Source: Desulfuromonadales bacterium
Lineage (GTDB): Bacteria > Desulfobacterota > Desulfuromonadia > Desulfuromonadales > DDH964
Reading direction: 5' to 3'
DNA: 24,000 nt
NCBI GenBank assembly: GCA_038317685.1
Contig: JBBQBQ010000005.1
Span: 6,984-30,983 of the forward strand
Shown here: positions 1-7,636 of the stretch, one piece after another
Layout of the letters: every line of letters begins with the position of its first letter
How positions within the stretch are numbered: position 1 is the stretch's first letter
Notes under the pieces: generated by a model
Told to the model about the DNA's origin: nothing
The model's input: only the letters and a program-made list of their open reading frames with translations
Databases searched by the model: none
Program-made: the position numbers and the translations under genes

Positions 1-2
1 TG

Positions 3-482
3 ATTCTCGCTGCCCAGTTCGAATCGTTCTTCGAGCCCTTCGCCATCATGCTCTCGCTGCCGCTCTCCATCGTCGGCATGGCCGGGATGCTCAAACTGAC
101 CGGCGACACCGTCAACATCATGTCGCTGATCGGCCTGATCATGCTCATGGGGCTGGTGACCAAGAACGCGATCCTCCTCGTCGATTACGCCAAAGTCCTG
201 CAGCGGCGCGACGGCAAGGGGCGGCGGGAGGCGGTCATCGAGGCCGGGCGCACCCGGCTGCGTCCCATCGTCATGACGACGCTGGCGATGATCTTCGGCA
301 TGCTGCCGCTGTTTCTCGCCATCGGTTCCGGCGCCGAGATGCGCGCGCCGCTGGCCCGCGCCGTCGTCGGCGGCCTGATCACCTCGACGCTGTTGACGCT
401 GATCGTGGTGCCGGTCGTTTATACCCTGATGGACGATTTCGGCGCCTGGCTCAAGCGCGCCTGGCGGGGGAGCCATGGCTGA
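3..482 (+). CDS. RND (AcrB/AcrD/AcrF-type) efflux permease, C-terminal fragment; 5' end lies outside the window
   Basis: Frame 3 is open from the window edge (ILAAQFESFFEPFAIMLSLPLSIVG...). TM10-12-like sequence typical of HAE1 RND pumps (LIGLIMLMGLVTKNAILLVDYA, RLRPIVMTTLAMIFGMLPL, GGLITSTLLTLIVVPVVY). Stop TGA at 480-482. Confidence 0.9.
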   Translation: MLAAQFESFFEPFAIMLSLPLSIVGMAGMLKLTGDTVNIMSLIGLIMLMGLVTKNAILLVDYAKVLQRRDGKGRREAVIEAGRTRLRPIVMTTLAMIFGMLPLFLAIGSGAEMRAPLARAVVGGLITSTLLTLIVVPVVYTLMDDFGAWLKRAWRGSHG

Positions 483-507
483 CAGCCATCCCTTGTCAGG
501 CCATTCG

Positions 508-560
508 ACCACCAAGACACCCAGCGCACCAAGCTGAAGGCCTGTTCGTGTCTTGGTGGT
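508..560 (+). repeat. 13-bp perfect inverted repeat (accaccaagacac / gtgtcttggtggt) with a 27-nt loop, in the RND-TolC intercistronic spacer
   Basis: Read directly: 508-520 is the exact reverse complement of 548-560. A competing small hairpin gtggt-gagg-accac (556-569) is followed by gtttt. Confidence 0.5.
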
Positions 561-619
561 GAGGACCACGTTTTCCTGGATAAACTTTGGTTGTTATCTT
601 CCGGAAAGGACCGCCGGTC

Positions 620-1924
620 ATGCTGACCATGCGATCACTGACACTCCTGTTGCTCCTGCTCCTTTTCACCCCGATCCTTCCGGCTCATGCCGGTGCGGGC
701 CGGAGTCTGAGCCTCGACCAGGCACTGGAGCTCGCCCTGAAGAACAACCATGACATCGGCAAGGCCGAGGCCTACGGGGAGTACGTCGAGGGGCGCTACC
801 GCGAGGAACGCGCCGCGGCCCTGCCGCAGCTGAGCTTGTCGGCCGCGGCCCGCTACCAGCGCGACGGCAGCCAAGCTCCCGACACCGTCGGCCGCCGGCT
901 GAGTAGCGGCCAGGTCAGTCTGGACCTGACCCAGCCGCTGTTTACCTGGGGGAAGATCGGCGCCGCCATCCGTGCCGCCGAGGTCGGCCGCCAAACGGCC
1001 GTCGAACGCGGCCGGCAAGCCCGCCAGACGGTGGTCCGGGACGTGACGGCGGCCTTCTACGACGTCCTCCTCGCCGATCAGCTGCTGCAGCTGGCGCAGC
1101 AGAACCTCGCCCAGAAAGAGCGCCACCTCGACGAGGCGCAGAAGAAGTTCGCCGCCGGGGTCGCCACCGACTACGACGTGCTGGCGGCCGAAGTCGCCCT
1201 GGAGAATGCCCGCCCCGAACTGATCCGGGGGGAGAATCAACTGCGCTTTGCCTACGACGCACTCGGCCTTCTCCTCCCAGATGCTGGGCCCTTTACTGCC
1301 AGCGGCTCCCTGGAGAGCGAACGGCAGCCTCCGCAGGACCAAGCCGCGGCGATCGCCCTGGCCTTGGCGGAGCGCCCCGATCTCGCCGAACAGGACCAGC
1401 AGGTGGCGATCTACCGGGAGCTGGTCACGATCGCCGCCGCCGACGACAAGCCCCGCCTCGATCTGCGCGGCGGCGCCGCCTGGAACAGCTGGGAGGGCCC
1501 CGGCGACCACGGCGACGGCCCCGGCTGGAACGGCGGCGTGTACCTCAGTTTCCCCTTTTTCGACGGCTGGCGCACCGCCGGCCGGGTCGCCGCCGCCAAG
1601 AGCGAGCTGCGCACCCGCCGCCTGGAAGAAGCCCAGCTGCGCGACTTCATCGTCCGGGAGGTGCGCGACGCAATTCGGGCGGTGCGCCAGTCCGACCAGA
1701 TCGTCGTCGCTCTTTCCGGGACGGTGAAGCAGGCGCTACGCCTGCTGGAGATGGCCGAACAGGGCTTCGGGTACGGGGTCAAGACCCGCCTCGATGTCGA
1801 GGATGCCCAGCTCAACCTCCTCCAGGCCGAAAGCAACCTGGCCCGCGCCCGCCGCGACTCTCTGGTGGCTCGCAGCCAACTGGTGTGGGCGACGGGCGGG
1901 GGAGGGCGGTCGGGGAGCGATTGA
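620..1924 (+). CDS. TolC-family outer membrane efflux protein
   Basis: ATG at 620 is preceded by GGAAAGGA (604-611). Signal peptide MLTMRSLTLLLLLLLFTPILPAHA. TolC/OMF-like coiled-coil repeat sequence (LSLDQALELALKNNHDI, AGVATDYDVLAAEVALENARP, YGVKTRLDVEDAQLNLLQAESNL). The ORF-track start at 587 is a less likely upstream start. Confidence 0.85.
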   Translation: MLTMRSLTLLLLLLLFTPILPAHAGAGRSLSLDQALELALKNNHDIGKAEAYGEYVEGRYREERAAALPQLSLSAAARYQRDGSQAPDTVGRRLSSGQVSLDLTQPLFTWGKIGAAIRAAEVGRQTAVERGRQARQTVVRDVTAAFYDVLLADQLLQLAQQNLAQKERHLDEAQKKFAAGVATDYDVLAAEVALENARPELIRGENQLRFAYDALGLLLPDAGPFTASGSLESERQPPQDQAAAIALALAERPDLAEQDQQVAIYRELVTIAAADDKPRLDLRGGAAWNSWEGPGDHGDGPGWNGGVYLSFPFFDGWRTAGRVAAAKSELRTRRLEEAQLRDFIVREVRDAIRAVRQSDQIVVALSGTVKQALRLLEMAEQGFGYGVKTRLDVEDAQLNLLQAESNLARARRDSLVARSQLVWATGGGGRSGSD

Positions 1925-2019
1925 CTTACCCCGGTTGATAGGGTATGAAGAAGCATCCCTTCCTTTCCGCCGGGGGGGCCGCCCCGCTGCCCCGATCCTG
2001 CCAAATTTGGAGATTCACG

Positions 2020-3219
2020 ATGATCCGACGGCTTGCCTGGTTTCTCTGCGCCCTCCTGCCGCTCCTTTCGGCCTGCGGTGATGGCGGAACCCCGACCCGC
2101 GAAAACCCCTTTGTTCCCCTGACGAGCCTGGAGATCCGCGCCGCCGCAGGGTCCATCGCCGCCGGCACCACCAGCCAGTTCCGGGTCTTCGGCCTCTACT
2201 CGGGGATCTTCGAACGGGAGCTGACCGACCGGGCGCAGTGGATCTCCTCCGAACCGACGATCCTGACCTTCAGCGACCTCCCGGGAGAGGCTGGGCTGGG
2301 CAAGGCCCTGCTCCCCGGCGTCGTGACCGTCAGCGCCTCTTACCAGGGCTTCACGGCCCAGGTCCCGGCGACCGTCACGGTCATGGTCCTCTCCAGCCTC
2401 GTCATCGCCCCGGCGAGCTCCCTGGAGAACCCCCAGGTCATCCCCCTCGGGTTTACCCAGCAGTTCACCGCGACCGGGACCTTTCAGGGCGGCGCCACCC
2501 AGGATCTGACCCGGGATGTCACCTGGGCCTCGGCCGCCGGCCAATTCAGCGTCGGCAACGGTGCCGACCAGGCCGGGTTGGTCACCCCCCTGGAGCCGGG
2601 GGATGCCGAACTGATCGCGACCTTTCAGGGGGTCACCGCGACCGCCTACCTGAGCCTCGCCTCGGCGGTTCTCAGCGAGATCACCATCGCCCCGAAGCTG
2701 TCAGCCAACCGGATGACGATGGCGCAGGGGACCAGCCAGCGGCTCACCGCCACCGGCCATTTTACCAACGACAGTCAGCGCGACATCACGGCCGAGGTGG
2801 TCTGGTCGGTCAGCCCGACGGGGATCGCCACGGCCGGCAACGACCCCGGCAGCGAGGGGTTGATCGAGGCCCTGATCCCCGGGACGACCTCGGTGAAGGC
2901 GACCCTGGGGAGCGTTAACGGCAGCGGGACCTTGACGGTCACCAATGCCTTCCTGACCGAAATCGAGGTCACCCTGGCTGATTCCGATGCCGTCATCGCC
3001 GTCAACGATACGACCCAGGCGAGCGCCACCGGAACCTTCTCCGACCTCACGACCCAGGATTTGAGCCTGGATGTGGCCTGGTCGACCGGGGACGGCGTCA
3101 TCGCCACGGTGAATTCCGCGGGTCTGGTCAGGGGTCTGGCGGCCGGAGAAGTGGAGATCATCGCCACCCTGGATGCCATCACCAGTTCGACCACCCCGAA
3201 AATCCTGACGGTTCAGTGA
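2020..3219 (+). CDS. Lipoprotein with four tandem bacterial Ig-like (Big_2-type) modules
   Basis: ATG at 2020 with GGAG at 2009-2012. Lipobox LLSAC in MIRRLAWFLCALLPLLSACGDGG. Four ~90-aa repeats begin LTSLEI, LSSLVI, LSEITI and LTEIEV, each with a G.T.Q..ATG.F....T.DLT..V.W pattern. Confidence 0.75.
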   Translation: MIRRLAWFLCALLPLLSACGDGGTPTRENPFVPLTSLEIRAAAGSIAAGTTSQFRVFGLYSGIFERELTDRAQWISSEPTILTFSDLPGEAGLGKALLPGVVTVSASYQGFTAQVPATVTVMVLSSLVIAPASSLENPQVIPLGFTQQFTATGTFQGGATQDLTRDVTWASAAGQFSVGNGADQAGLVTPLEPGDAELIATFQGVTATAYLSLASAVLSEITIAPKLSANRMTMAQGTSQRLTATGHFTNDSQRDITAEVVWSVSPTGIATAGNDPGSEGLIEALIPGTTSVKATLGSVNGSGTLTVTNAFLTEIEVTLADSDAVIAVNDTTQASATGTFSDLTTQDLSLDVAWSTGDGVIATVNSAGLVRGLAAGEVEIIATLDAITSSTTPKILTVQ

Positions 3220-3248
3220 CCCGAATCGTTGCTGACAGAGAGGCCATC

Positions 3249-3908
3249 ATGATCCGATCGATCCTTCTGCTCCTGAGTGTGGCATTGCTGGGGTTGTCGC
3301 CGGCCTTCAGCCTGGCCTGGGCGGCGGGTCCCGGGCCGTATGTGGAACTCCAGGGCCTGGGCACCTATGTCCTGGCCGGGCAAAGCGACTCCGCAACCGG
3401 GAGTTTCAACCTGAAGTACGATCCCGGCTATGGCGGCGCGCTGGCGATCGGCTACGATCTGGCCGAGGCCTACCCGGATTTCGGCCAGGGACGCGTCGAA
3501 CTGGAAGCCTCCTCCCGGACCAACACCCTCACCAAGGCGGAGTTCAAGGAAGGGTCGGTGGCGGCCGACGGTGAGATCAGGGTGGAAAGCCTGCTCCTCA
3601 ACACCTTCGCCGAATATCACCGTGGTTCGAACCTCGTCCCTTACCTCGGCTTCGGCCTCGGCTACGCCCGGGTGACGATGAAGCAGGCCACGGTTTACGG
3701 CCAACCCTTCGCCGACGACAGCGCCGGGGTGCTGGCCTTTCAGGGGGGGCTCGGCGTCGGCCTGGAAGTGAGCGACCATCTGACCTTCGATCTCGGCTAC
3801 CGGTTCTTCGGGACCCTCAAGCCGAGCTTCAAGAGCGCCGACGGCTCCAGCTTCGATGCCAAATATTCGAGCCACAATGCCCTGCTCGGCCTGCGGGTCC
3901 GCTTCTGA
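3249..3908 (+). CDS. Small outer-membrane beta-barrel protein (OMP_b-brl / OmpA-barrel-like)
   Basis: ATG at 3249 with AGAGAGG upstream. Signal peptide MIRSILLLLSVALLGLSPAFSLAWA. Alternating amphipathic strands (YLGFGLGYARV, AFQGGLGVGLEV, LTFDLGYRFFG). C-terminal beta-signal LLGLRVRF ends in Phe. Confidence 0.8.
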   Translation: MIRSILLLLSVALLGLSPAFSLAWAAGPGPYVELQGLGTYVLAGQSDSATGSFNLKYDPGYGGALAIGYDLAEAYPDFGQGRVELEASSRTNTLTKAEFKEGSVAADGEIRVESLLLNTFAEYHRGSNLVPYLGFGLGYARVTMKQATVYGQPFADDSAGVLAFQGGLGVGLEVSDHLTFDLGYRFFGTLKPSFKSADGSSFDAKYSSHNALLGLRVRF

Positions 3909-3938
3909 TCCGGCGACCGCCGGGCTTTCGCAACAAAT

Positions 3939-3978
3939 AACCGGAGCCGGCCCTTGGGCCGGCTCCGGTTGGTTTTTA
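3939..3978. terminator. Bidirectional rho-independent terminator between the convergent OMP and response-regulator genes
   Basis: Perfect 13-bp stem ccggagccggccc (3941-3953) / gggccggctccgg (3957-3969) with loop ttg. Flanked by ttggttttt on the plus strand and ttatttgttg on the minus strand. Confidence 0.85.
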
Positions 3979-3998
3979 CCACTCTGGCTGTCCTCACC

Positions 3999-4664
3999 TC
4001 ACCCCTCGAATTTGTACCCCGCCCCGTAGACCGAACGGATCAACTCCTCCTCCGGCGCCGCCACCTCCAGTTTCCTGCGCAGCTTCTTGATGTGACTGTC
4101 GATAGTGCGATCGCTGACGATGCGCTGGTCGGGGTAGATGTGGTCCATCAGCTGCTCCCGGGAGAAGATCCGTCCGGGGTGGGCGGCGAGATGCTGGAGG
4201 AGCTTGAACTCGACGGCGGTCAGTTCGATCTCCCGGTCGTGCCAGAGGGCCCGGAAGCGGTCGCCGTCGAGGCGCAGCCCGTTCCCCTGCGGACCGGGGC
4301 CCGCGCTGCGCCGCAGGACCGCCTTGACCCGCGCCACCACCTCCCGGGGGCTGAAGGGTTTGCAGATGTAATCGTCGGCCCCCAGCTCCAGACCGAGGAG
4401 CCGGTCGATCTCCTCGACCCGGGCGGTGACCATGATGATCGGCACCCCGGAGAAGGCCCGCAGCTCCTTGCAGACCTCCAGGCCGTCCCGGCCCGGCAGC
4501 ATCAGGTCGAGAAGAACCAGGGCCGGCTGGCTGGCCCGCACCCGGGAGGCCACGACCAGGCCGTCGCTGATGATGACGGGCTCAAACCCCGCCTGGCGCA
4601 GATAGTCGGCGAGGAGAGCCGCCAGCTTCGGCTCGTCTTCGACGATCAGAATCGTCCCGTTCAT
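3999..4664 (-). CDS. baeR: OmpR-family response regulator, BaeR-like
   Basis: Start [14 protein letters not shown] at 4664 forms an ATGA overlap with the upstream kinase stop. REC plus winged-helix domains. The segment [41 protein letters not shown] closely tracks my recollection of E. coli BaeR. The symbol is by similarity only. Confidence 0.85.
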   Translation of the reverse strand: MNGTILIVEDEPKLAALLADYLRQAGFEPVIISDGLVVASRVRASQPALVLLDLMLPGRDGLEVCKELRAFSGVPIIMVTARVEEIDRLLGLELGADDYICKPFSPREVVARVKAVLRRSAGPGPQGNGLRLDGDRFRALWHDREIELTAVEFKLLQHLAAHPGRIFSREQLMDHIYPDQRIVSDRTIDSHIKKLRRKLEVAAPEEELIRSVYGAGYKFEG

Positions 4665-6115
4665 GATGTGCCTTCCTGCAGCGGCAGCTCGATGTGCAGC
4701 CACACCCCCCCCAGGGGGGAAGGGGCGGCATGGATGAGCCCGCCGTGGGCCTCGACGATGTTGCGGCAGATCGCCAGCCCCAGGCCGGCTCCGCCGGTGG
4801 CGCGGCTGCGGGAGGAATCCACCCGGTAGAGCCGCTCGAAGATACGTTCCAGGGCGGCGGGGGGGACGCCGGGGGCGCTGTCCTGAAAGTCGATCAGCGC
4901 CCGTCGTCCGGCCGTGGTCAGGCGGATCTCCAGCCGGCCGCCGGGGTCGGTGTAGTTGAGGGAATTCTTGAGCAGATTGACGAAGAGTTGATGGAGACGA
5001 TCAGGGTCGCCGAAGCAGGGAAGTGCGTGTTTCGGCAGGTCGGCCTGGAGGGTCAAGGACTGGTGGGCGAAGGCGGCCCGGAACCCCTCCAGCGCCATGC
5101 CGAGGGTCGCCGTCAGGTCGAGATCCTCTTTGCGGTAATCGAGGGATCCCAGGTCGGAAAGCGCGAGCTGGTAGAGGTCGTCGATCAGCCGGGCCAGGTG
5201 CAGCACCTCGGCGTGCAGGGAGCCGACCGCCTCGGGGGTCGGTTGCCGGACCCCGTCCTGCAGGGCCTCGATCTCGCCGCGCAGGACCGCCAACGGGGTC
5301 CGCAGTTCATGGGAGATGTCGGCGACCCACTGGCGGCGGGTTCGTTCATTCTGCTCCAGGGTCAGCGCCAGGGTGTTGAAGTCCCGGGCCAATTGTCCCA
5401 GCTCATCGTCGCCGCTGACCGGCACCCGGGTCGTGTAGTGACCGGCGGTCAAGCGGTGGGTGGCCTCAGCCAATCCTTTGAGGGGGCGCACCAGGCGCTG
5501 GGCGAGGGGCAGGGAGATCAGCGCGGAAACCAGGAGCATGACCCCGGCGACCAGTCCCAGAGTCCCTTTCTGCTCCTTGACGAAGCGCAGTTGGTGGGCG
5601 TCCTCCAACCCTCGCCGGGGGATGAGACCGAGGTAGCCGATGACCCGGCTGTTCTGGAGAAGGGGGCGCGGTTCAAGCTCCGCGGCTCCCTCCGCCGGTC
5701 CGAAGACCGGGAGATGGTCGGCGTCAAGGAGGAAGACCCGTTTTTCAAACTGGGCGACAGGCCCCGGCGCCGGCTCCCGGGCGGGGCGTTCGCCCCGTTC
5801 GGCACGGCGTTCCAGGCGCCTTTCCAGTCGGGCCAGCTGCTCCGGCCCCACGGTTCCCGGCGGCAGGGTGCGGATCATCAGCCGCAGCCAGTTGACCGGC
5901 TGGTTGCGGAGAAACTCCCAGCTGCCATTCTCGGCGAAGGACTGTTCCAATTCTCCCGCCAGGTTTTCCAGTCGGTCCTGCTCCACGGTATTGACGTACT
6001 GCAGGAAGCCGCGGTTGAAGCTCCAGCGCACGATCAGGGACATGGAGAGGACGACGGCGGCGGTGGCCACGAGGATCGCCAGAAAGATGCGGTATTTGAT
6101 GTTGAATTTGAGCAT
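4661..6115 (-). CDS. baeS: Sensor histidine kinase, BaeS-like (2 TM, HAMP, HisKA, HATPase_c)
   Basis: ATG at 6115 ([37 protein letters not shown]) with GGAG about 9 nt upstream. H-box [19 protein letters not shown] boxes LLKNSLNYT and [19 protein letters not shown]. The GTG at 6157 in the ORF track is less likely. Confidence 0.85.
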   Translation of the reverse strand: MLKFNIKYRIFLAILVATAAVVLSMSLIVRWSFNRGFLQYVNTVEQDRLENLAGELEQSFAENGSWEFLRNQPVNWLRLMIRTLPPGTVGPEQLARLERRLERRAERGERPAREPAPGPVAQFEKRVFLLDADHLPVFGPAEGAAELEPRPLLQNSRVIGYLGLIPRRGLEDAHQLRFVKEQKGTLGLVAGVMLLVSALISLPLAQRLVRPLKGLAEATHRLTAGHYTTRVPVSGDDELGQLARDFNTLALTLEQNERTRRQWVADISHELRTPLAVLRGEIEALQDGVRQPTPEAVGSLHAEVLHLARLIDDLYQLALSDLGSLDYRKEDLDLTATLGMALEGFRAAFAHQSLTLQADLPKHALPCFGDPDRLHQLFVNLLKNSLNYTDPGGRLEIRLTTAGRRALIDFQDSAPGVPPAALERIFERLYRVDSSRSRATGGAGLGLAICRNIVEAHGGLIHAAPSPLGGVWLHIELPLQEGTS

Positions 6116-6200
6116 GGCTGCGGCTCCGGCAAACGCGTCTGTCCTTGTTGGTATCACACTTCCCGGGAAAAAACATCGTCAAGCAGAGCAGAACCGCAAT

Positions 6201-6233
6201 TTCCACATTTCTTCCACATTTTCTCCGCATTCG
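6201..6233. promoter_or_regulatory. Three 11-bp-phased direct repeats (TTCCACATTTC / TTCCACATTTT / CTCCGCATTCG); candidate OmpR-family (BaeR-like) operator
   Basis: Read directly. The CC of the core TCCRCAWT sits at 6203, 6214 and 6225 (11-bp period). A fourth degenerate copy accgcaatt starts at 6193. Located about 86 nt from both divergent start codons (6115 and 6317). Confidence 0.45.
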
Positions 6234-6316
6234 TCGCCTAGTCTCATCCTCAAGCACGGCCGACATGAGGTCGCCGGATCGTGACATCGAAGCCACCACC
6301 CATAAAGGAGGTCGCC

Positions 6317-6934
6317 ATGAACCGAACCACCACAACCCGCCGTTTTTCCCGTTCCGCCCTGGCTCTGCTGCTGGGGATCGGACTGGTCCTGACCGCCGCC
6401 CCTTCCTGGGCCGAGCGAAACGAGCGATCCGACCACGCCGATCGCCGGCAGGTGACGGTCGTCAAACGCCTCCCCGCCGGTCATCGAACCGTCCGGGTCC
6501 ATGACATCGATTATGCCGTCGCCGACGGACGGTATTACCGGCGTGAGGCCGCCGGCTTGGTTCTGGTCCCGCCGCCGATTGGCGCCGTGGTCCTCAACCT
6601 CCCCGCCGGCCGCTTGAGCATCAACCTCGGCGGGGTCGCCTACTTCCGCAGCGGCGACGTCTATTTCCGGGCCGCCCGCCACGGCTACGAGGTGGTTGCT
6701 CCGCCCCCGGTTCAGATCCGAGCGGCCCGGGACGATCTGCGCATCGTGGTTCGCGCGGCCCTGCTCAATGTGCATTCCGGCCCGGCCCGGAACGCCGTCG
6801 TCATCAACCAGGTTCACTCCGGCTCCCGTCTGGTCGTCACCGCTCAGGCTCCCGGCTGGTACCGGGTCCGTCTACCGGGCGGTGGTCAGGGCTGGATCAT
6901 GAGCAAGTACGCGGGTTCGGCTGCGGCCGGTTGA
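6317..6934 (+). CDS. Secreted protein with a C-terminal bacterial SH3 (SH3_3) domain
   Basis: AAGGAGG at 6305-6311 and ATG at 6317. Signal peptide MNRTTTTRRFSRSALALLLGIGLVLTAAPSWA. C-terminus LLNVHSGPARNAVVINQVHSGSRLVVTAQAPGWYRVRLPGGGQGWIMSKY is SH3_3-like. The middle region (Y.V.DG.YY...V.V.PP.GAVV..LP.G) resembles DUF6515-type repeats from memory, unverified. Confidence 0.7.
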   Translation: MNRTTTTRRFSRSALALLLGIGLVLTAAPSWAERNERSDHADRRQVTVVKRLPAGHRTVRVHDIDYAVADGRYYRREAAGLVLVPPPIGAVVLNLPAGRLSINLGGVAYFRSGDVYFRAARHGYEVVAPPPVQIRAARDDLRIVVRAALLNVHSGPARNAVVINQVHSGSRLVVTAQAPGWYRVRLPGGGQGWIMSKYAGSAAAG

Positions 6935-6996
6935 CAGAGTCGACGACACCCGTAACCTTCACCGGGGCTCTGCCCCTTAGCCAAGGAGAATCAATC

Positions 6997-7485
6997 ATGA
7001 AAAAACACCTGTTCATTGGCGCTTTGCTCACCGCCGCCCTGGCCGCCGGCCCCGCCCTTGCCACCCCGCCCCATTCTGCCGGCCCCGGTGGCGACCGACC
7101 CCACCGCTTTGAAAGCGGGCACCGCCAGGAGCGGATGGCCGCCATCCTCGGCTTGAGCCAGGAGCAGCAGGCGCAGATCAAGGCGATCCGGGAAGAGGCT
7201 CGCCGCCAAACCGAATCCCTGCGGCAAAGCCTGGCCGCCGATCGGGAAAAGCTGCGGACGCTGATCGACGCCGTCCCCTTTGATGAAACGGCGGTTCGCA
7301 TGCTCGCCGCCGGAGAAGTGACGGCCAAAACCGAACTCCTCGTTGCCAGAGCCCGGACCCGGAACCAGATCCACGCTATCCTGACTCCGGAACAGCGGGT
7401 CCTGGCCGAAAAGCTTCGTCCGCTGCTTGAGGAGCGTCGTGGCCACCGGGGGCGTGGACATGCGGTCCATGATGGCGAAAGGTAG
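6997..7485 (+). CDS. Spy/CpxP-family periplasmic chaperone or stress protein (LTxxQ motifs)
   Basis: AAGGAGAA at 6983-6990 and ATG at 6997. Signal peptide MKKHLFIGALLTAALAAGPALA. Two LTxxQ-type motifs (LSQEQQAQIKAI and LTPEQRVLAEKL) in a helical, charged protein of the right size. Confidence 0.75.
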   Translation: MKKHLFIGALLTAALAAGPALATPPHSAGPGGDRPHRFESGHRQERMAAILGLSQEQQAQIKAIREEARRQTESLRQSLAADREKLRTLIDAVPFDETAVRMLAAGEVTAKTELLVARARTRNQIHAILTPEQRVLAEKLRPLLEERRGHRGRGHAVHDGER

Positions 7486-7636
7486 GCCGGCTCCGGGCGA
7501 TGGGGAGCAATGGGCTCCTCCCGAACACAACATTTAAATCCTTTTAACCTTGTTCAAAGCGATATACTGATGACCATCCGGAGCCGGCCGCCGTCGCGCG
7601 GTCGGCTCCCGGTCCTTTCTTCCAAAGGCGGAAATT

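Noticed and set aside
587-619. Upstream alternative starts given in the ORF track (587 for TolC, 1945 for the Big_2 protein, 3216 for the OMP, 4703 and 6157 for BaeR/BaeS, 6281, 6931, 15956, 18490, 20346, 20812)
   Set aside because: In each case a downstream ATG has a better-placed Shine-Dalgarno and begins directly at a signal peptide, a TM segment or the conserved N-terminus. Several of the track starts are GTG or TTG codons.
635-2544. Long minus-strand ORFs (635-1510, 942-1262, 1411-2544) antisense to the TolC and Big_2 genes
   Set aside because: They are Arg/Pro/Gly/Ala-rich low-complexity translations typical of antisense frames in GC-rich DNA. They have no Shine-Dalgarno and no recognisable domains, and the opposite strand carries clearly homologous genes.
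3213-6241. ORFs 3213-3875(-), 3954-4829(+), 4694-6241(+), 5640-6284(+) and 5745-6335(-)
   Set aside because: They overlap the OMP, BaeR-like and BaeS-like genes on the opposite strand or in alternate frames. Their composition is biased and no family resemblance was seen.
7561-7570. Identical 10-mer GATATACTGA (TATACT -10-like) at 7561-7570 and 18308-18317, both upstream of plus-strand genes; also the 9-mer tttcttcca shared by 6208-6216 and 7616-7624
   Set aside because: Matches of this length are expected many times by chance in the window, and the -35 regions are poor (CCTTTT, GCGACA). They are too weak to call as promoters or as a shared operator.
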